Assembly: GCA_963719085.1 (NCBI GenBank) | Contig: CAVRAL010000004.1 | Location: 224,001 to 288,000 of the forward strand | Origin: a candidate division FCPU426 bacterium | GTDB taxonomy: Bacteria; Oederibacteriota; Muellerivitia; Muellerivitales; Muellerivitaceae | Reading direction: 5' to 3' | DNA length: 64,000 nt | Shown here: positions 59,717-64,000 of the stretch, piece after piece | Layout: every line of letters begins with the position of its first letter | How positions within the stretch are numbered: the first letter of the stretch is position 1 | Translations under genes and position numbers: made by a program | The notes under the pieces: model-generated | What the model was told of the DNA's origin: nothing | What the model saw: the letters and a program-made list of their open reading frames with translations, nothing else | Database searches by the model: none

Positions 59717-60343
59717 AACCAATACAAACAGCTCACGCAAAGACGCTAAGACGCCAAGGAAGCCTCAACCTCTTAGATAAATCGACAACAATCACCCATA
59801 AAAACTAGGCCTTCTTAGTAAAAACAATTCGTTGAATACCGTCTTTGATAACCGGAACATTGAAATTGATCAAAAGACCCAATTCGTGACTGGATAATTT
59901 CAAATATGTCCGCAATTGAGCCTGATGAACTTTTGTAATGATTTCCACGGCTTTCAACTCAACCACCACCCTATCCTCAACCAACAAATCCAGTCTCAAT
60001 CCTCCGTCCAGGGTCAGTCCTTCAAAGCTGATCGGCAATAATACCTGTTTATCCACTTTAAGACCGCGAAGCTTCAATTCGTGAATAAGGAACGATTCAT
60101 AAACACTCTCCAATAAGCCCGGTCCCAAGGTTGAGTGAAGTTTGAAGGCCGCGTCCACTACTTCGGAAGCAATCCGATTCGTTTCTGGATCTATTTCCAG
60201 TCTTGGATTTTTGTTTTCCTCACTCATGTCTACCTTCGCAGCTTTTCGTTAGATTTTGGCAGTTTTCGCTAAATCCTTCAAACAACAAAGCTTTTGCCTA
60301 CCTTGGCGGCTTAGCGTCTTTGCGTTGGCTTTTTGTGTTGGTT
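59717..60343. mobile_element. GxxExxY cassette bounded by 43-bp imperfect inverted repeats
   Basis: Arms 59717-59759 and 60301-60343, 38/43 complementary; mobility is inferred only. Confidence 0.6.
59805..60227 (-). CDS. GxxExxY family protein (PD-(D/E)XK fold)
   Basis: LGPGLLESVYE, RLDLLVE, VVELKAV, AQLRTYLK, GLLINF. Confidence 0.93.
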   Translation of the reverse strand: MSEENKNPRLEIDPETNRIASEVVDAAFKLHSTLGPGLLESVYESFLIHELKLRGLKVDKQVLLPISFEGLTLDGGLRLDLLVEDRVVVELKAVEIITKVHQAQLRTYLKLSSHELGLLINFNVPVIKDGIQRIVFTKKA

Positions 60344-60348
60344 GTCCT

Positions 60349-62739
60349 TTACTTCTTAAACTTAATCACCGTCACCCCGGCGCCGCCCTGGGACGGTTCG
60401 GCCATGGAAAACTCCACGTTCGGATGTTGGACGGGCAGGTGTTTGTGAATGGCTTCCTTCAAGGCGCCCGTCCCTTTCCCATGGATGATACGCACAAAAG
60501 GCAAGTCCACCAAGAGCGCGTCATCGATGAATTTATCAAGTATCAGCAAAGCCTGGTCCACCATTTTGCCCCGCAGATCCAGCTCCAACTGGCCCTTATT
60601 CTCACGGGCCGTTTGAAGCGCGTTCGGCTGGGATCGCACCGGTGGTTTTGCCGTCACAGGCCCCGCCAATCCCAAATCGGAATATTTGCAGGAAAGCTTC
60701 AGTCCCCCGTCCAAAAGGATGACCGCTTCTTGTTTCTCATCGTCCGCGTTCAGGACTTTGGCTTTGGAATTGCCGGGTTTAAAAAAGATCGCTTGGCCTT
60801 CTTTTAATTCCCGCACTTCCAGCAAACGCCTCTCGTTGATTTGGGGGATATTTTTAAGTTTGAGTCCCACTTCCCTTTGGGCTTGGCGCGCCTTGTCCCG
60901 GTTCAACTCGCCGGCAGGGGCCACGCCCTGGATGAGATGATCCATCTGGCGCCGGGTGTTTTTCACGATGCCTTCGGCCTCGATCTGGGCCTGCCGTTTG
61001 ACGCGCCGGGCCTCTTCCTTCATTTGGCGCCGGGCGGCTAAAAGTTCTTCCTCTATTTTCTTGGCCCGGTCCCGGGCCTTTTCAGCTTCCAGACGCGCTT
61101 CCTGCGCCTGTTGTTTCTCGGCCCCCAGTTTGGCCAGAAGCTCCGAAAGGTCGGCTTCGCCTTGGGGCAGGTGCGCCTTGGCTTTTTCCAAAACCACCGG
61201 ATCAAATCCCAATTGGGTGGCCAGGGTCAAGGCGTAAGATCTTCCCGGTACGCCCACCACCAGCTTAAAGGTGGGCTTGCCGGTGGCCTCGTCAAAAAGC
61301 ATGGCGGCGTTGGCCATTCCTTTTTCTTCCTGGGTTAAAAGTTTCAAAAGCGGTTGATGAGTATTGGCGAACACGAGCGATTGCCTCTCCCGGAAAGCCT
61401 CAAGACACGCGAGCCCCAAAGCGCCGCCCTCCCGAGGGTCGGTTCCCGAACCCAGTTCATCCAAAAGTAAAAGCGTTTCCCCATCGGCCCGGTCCAGCAT
61501 GCGTTTCAAGGCCGTCAGCTTGGCCGCGTAAGTGCTGAGGTGATCCTCAAGATTTTGGGCGTCGGTGAGGTCAGTGTCAAAATGGGACAACCAGGGAAAG
61601 GAGCTGTTGCTGGAGGCTAAAACCGGAAGCCCGGTCTGAGCCATCACGCAGGAAAGTCCCATGGTCTTCAGCGCCACGGTTTTTCCCCCGGCGTTGGGAC
61701 CGGATAAAAGAATGACCCGCACCTGGGTCTCAAATTCCAAATTCAGGGGGATAACCTTGTCCCTGTATTTTTCACCTGCTTCCAAAACCAGCAAAGGATG
61801 GCGGGCCTCGGTCAGCCGGAAGGCCGTTTCTTTTTGAGGCGCCAAAAATTGTCCGTCAAAGCGGGAGGCGAAAAGCGCCAAGGCCCCATGGGCATCAATC
61901 TCGGCGCAGGCCGCTAAGGTGATGGACAGTTCTTGTGCCACACCCTTCACCGCTTCCGTGCACTCCCGCAAGACCTTGCGGATTTCCTCGTCCTCTTGGA
62001 GCCGGGTTTCCCGGACCTGGTTGTTGCGCTCAACGATTTCCTGGGGCTCAATGAAAACCGTCGAGCCCGAGGCCGAAAGGCCGTGGATAAACCCGGGAAC
62101 CTGCGATTGATGGTCCCGCTTGACCGGCACGACCAGGCGGCCTTCCCGCTCGGTCACAATCTTTTCTTGAAGCGCGTCCGCGTGGTTCGCGGTCTGAAGA
62201 AACTGCCGGTAATAATCCTGGACTTCGGCTTGAAGGGATTTGAGCCGGTCCCGGACGCTTTTAAGCTGGGGGGAAGCGGAGTCAAAAACCCCGCCTTGGT
62301 CCGAGATTTTGCGGCCCAAAAACTCGCGCAAGGCCGGAAGCGGCTGTAAGCGCGAAAGCCAGTCAACGAAAGCCGAGGCTTGTTTTTCATCCATCGAAAG
62401 CGCCTTCCGCAGCTTCACCACCTGGGCCAGAAAACGGGCCAAGGCCGCCAGTTCCAAAGCCGAAAGCACTTTGCCCGAGACCCGGGAATCCTCAAAAGAA
62501 TCTTGAAATTCCTCCGCTCTCGGGATGGACGGGGCGGAATACCGGATCAGGTGTTTTTCGAGCTGTTCGGTTCGGGCTAAGCGGCCCCGTAAGGTCTTTT
62601 CATCCCCCAAGGGCCTCAATTGAAAAAGCACGTTCCGGCCGGCGGGAGTCTGGCAATCCTTCGCCAAGCTCTCGAGCAGTCTGGGAAATTCCACGGCTTT
62701 TAAAAAGTTCTCAAGGCTCACGTCGTTCATAAAATCCAT
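60349..62739 (-). CDS. mutS2: MutS2 with C-terminal Smr domain
   Basis: SASGSTVFIEP, GPNAGGKT, DELGSGTDP, LDLRG, IIHGKGTG. Confidence 0.93.
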   Translation of the reverse strand: MDFMNDVSLENFLKAVEFPRLLESLAKDCQTPAGRNVLFQLRPLGDEKTLRGRLARTEQLEKHLIRYSAPSIPRAEEFQDSFEDSRVSGKVLSALELAALARFLAQVVKLRKALSMDEKQASAFVDWLSRLQPLPALREFLGRKISDQGGVFDSASPQLKSVRDRLKSLQAEVQDYYRQFLQTANHADALQEKIVTEREGRLVVPVKRDHQSQVPGFIHGLSASGSTVFIEPQEIVERNNQVRETRLQEDEEIRKVLRECTEAVKGVAQELSITLAACAEIDAHGALALFASRFDGQFLAPQKETAFRLTEARHPLLVLEAGEKYRDKVIPLNLEFETQVRVILLSGPNAGGKTVALKTMGLSCVMAQTGLPVLASSNSSFPWLSHFDTDLTDAQNLEDHLSTYAAKLTALKRMLDRADGETLLLLDELGSGTDPREGGALGLACLEAFRERQSLVFANTHQPLLKLLTQEEKGMANAAMLFDEATGKPTFKLVVGVPGRSYALTLATQLGFDPVVLEKAKAHLPQGEADLSELLAKLGAEKQQAQEARLEAEKARDRAKKIEEELLAARRQMKEEARRVKRQAQIEAEGIVKNTRRQMDHLIQGVAPAGELNRDKARQAQREVGLKLKNIPQINERRLLEVRELKEGQAIFFKPGNSKAKVLNADDEKQEAVILLDGGLKLSCKYSDLGLAGPVTAKPPVRSQPNALQTARENKGQLELDLRGKMVDQALLILDKFIDDALLVDLPFVRIIHGKGTGALKEAIHKHLPVQHPNVEFSMAEPSQGGAGVTVIKFKK

Positions 62740-62795
62740 TCATCACTAGTTCCCGCTCCCTTGATGGGAGAGGGTTCAAAAAAATAAAGCCACAA

Positions 62796-63428
62796 TCAAC
62801 GAATTCCAAGGGCTTTTTTTCTTCCCGGCGAGGGGCGGTCTTTACCCGGCCCTACCGAAAGATAGGGACTTCCCTTTAAATAAAACCGAAGCGGCAATCC
62901 CCAACCCTCCGTAATGCCGATGCGGGTGGTTACCCCCACTTCCCTCGGACGGCTGGAGGCGGCGCGGATGTAAAGGGGCTTGGCGGTTACTTTTTGCCGG
63001 TTTTGCGCCGGACCCAGGTCCAGCGCTTGCGTCAATTTACCCGGCCCATTGGTTAAAGTCTTTTTAGGTTCCTGTCCTTTTTTTCTTCGGCGCGCCATCA
63101 GGTCCAAGCCTTCCACCGGTTCCAACGCCCGGATCAAAACCGCCCCCGGCAGTCCCGGCTTTTCCGTGACCACGTTGAAAAGAAAATGGTTTCCGTAGCA
63201 AAAATAAACATAAGCGAAACCCGCGGGGCCGAACATGATGGCGTTGCGGGGCGTTTGGCCCCGGGCCGCGTGGGAACCCGGGTCATTTTGGGGAAGGTAG
63301 GCTTCCACTTCCACAATCCGGCCTGAGGCAACGCCCCGAGGCGTCTCATGAACAAGGATTTGCCCGATCAAATCACGGGCGACCCGGGTGGTCGGACGGG
63401 AATAAAAGGCGGAAGGAAGGATCATCAC
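62796..63428 (-). CDS. DNA-3-methyladenine glycosylase (MPG/AAG type)
   Basis: GRIVEVEAY, AYVYFCYG, AVLIRALEP, NGPGKL, RIGI. Confidence 0.92.
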   Translation of the reverse strand: MMILPSAFYSRPTTRVARDLIGQILVHETPRGVASGRIVEVEAYLPQNDPGSHAARGQTPRNAIMFGPAGFAYVYFCYGNHFLFNVVTEKPGLPGAVLIRALEPVEGLDLMARRRKKGQEPKKTLTNGPGKLTQALDLGPAQNRQKVTAKPLYIRAASSRPREVGVTTRIGITEGWGLPLRFYLKGSPYLSVGPGKDRPSPGRKKALGIR

Positions 63429-63497
63429 ATCACCGAATAAAGTGTGAGGTTGGAAGTCCGAAGTTAGAAGTTAATTCAACCGCTCCAAACTTCAAAC

Positions 63498-63950
63498 TCA
63501 CCCGAGTTTCGCCTTGACCACTGAAGAAAGCTTTCCCATGTCGGTCTTGCCCTTGACCTTAGGCGTCAGCCAACCCATGACCTTTCCCATTTCTTTCGGA
63601 CCGGCGGCGCCGGTGGCCTTCACGGCCTCTTCCACGAGTTTGGAAAGTTCCTCGTCGCTTAAACCCGCGGGTAAGAATTTTTCGATCAAGGCCAATTCGG
63701 CCTTTTCGCTGGCGGCGCTTTCGGGGCGGCCGCCCTTTTCAAAACCCTCGATGGATTCCCGGCGTTGTTTGGCCTGCTTGGTCAAAACGTCGATGACGTC
63801 CTCGTCCGTGATCTCGCGCTTCAAATCCACTTCTTTATATTTGATGGCGGACTTCAACATGCGAAGGGCCGACAGGGCCGCCTCGTCTTTCGCCTTCATG
63901 GCGGTGATGATATCGGCGTTGATTCGGTCGAATAGGGGGGATGCGCTCAT
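63498..63950 (-). CDS. GatB/YqeY domain protein
   Basis: AMKAKD, KQRRESI, MGKVMG; start MSASPL after GGAGG. Confidence 0.92.
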   Translation of the reverse strand: MSASPLFDRINADIITAMKAKDEAALSALRMLKSAIKYKEVDLKREITDEDVIDVLTKQAKQRRESIEGFEKGGRPESAASEKAELALIEKFLPAGLSDEELSKLVEEAVKATGAAGPKEMGKVMGWLTPKVKGKTDMGKLSSVVKAKLG

Positions 63951-64000
63951 GGTGCCTCCAGGGCTCATAAAAAAAAGCCCGTCCCCCTGAAGGGAACGGG

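Noticed and set aside
63441..63500. Short 7-nt periodic repeats (GAAGTT-like) with a partial inverted counterpart between mpg and yqeY
   Set aside because: Too short and degenerate to call an element from one copy

Overview
Bacterial chromosomal window of GC-rich core genes, interrupted by a visibly AT-richer ~22.6 kb integrative island (30286-52907). Left flank: a Fur-boxed hemP/cytochrome c/FMN-binding/ApbE iron-linked cluster, a frameshifted fabF, PPK2, sodB, two histidine kinases, an S53 protease with a T9SS-type tail next to a PorV-like gene, an acyl-CoA synthetase-GNAT fusion and an ArsR-SRPBCC operon. Right flank: sulP, arsR, rpoD, dnaG, a GxxExxY gene, mutS2, mpg and yqeY. The island integrated into the anticodon loop of a CAU tRNA (probably tRNA-Ile2) through a 9-bp core, CATTATGAG, leaving the host gene as two halves 22.6 kb apart. 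It carries a complete replacement tRNA whose anticodon loop, which is the attachment core itself, is interrupted by a 221-nt group I intron. Island cargo is defence-like: a sigma-like/unknown/ImmA-IrrE trio, a PD-(D/E)XK nuclease, an MBL + E2-E1-JAB + patatin operon with no cyclase, a type ISP restriction-modification enzyme, a HEPN-like protein, RadC, a second integrase, an HNH protein and a Panacea toxin-antitoxin pair. Separately, the GxxExxY gene sits between 43-bp inverted repeats, and gene-less hairpin relatives of those repeats occur twice elsewhere in the window, suggesting an autonomous/MITE-like element family. All calls come from reading the sequence and recalling motifs; no database search was run.
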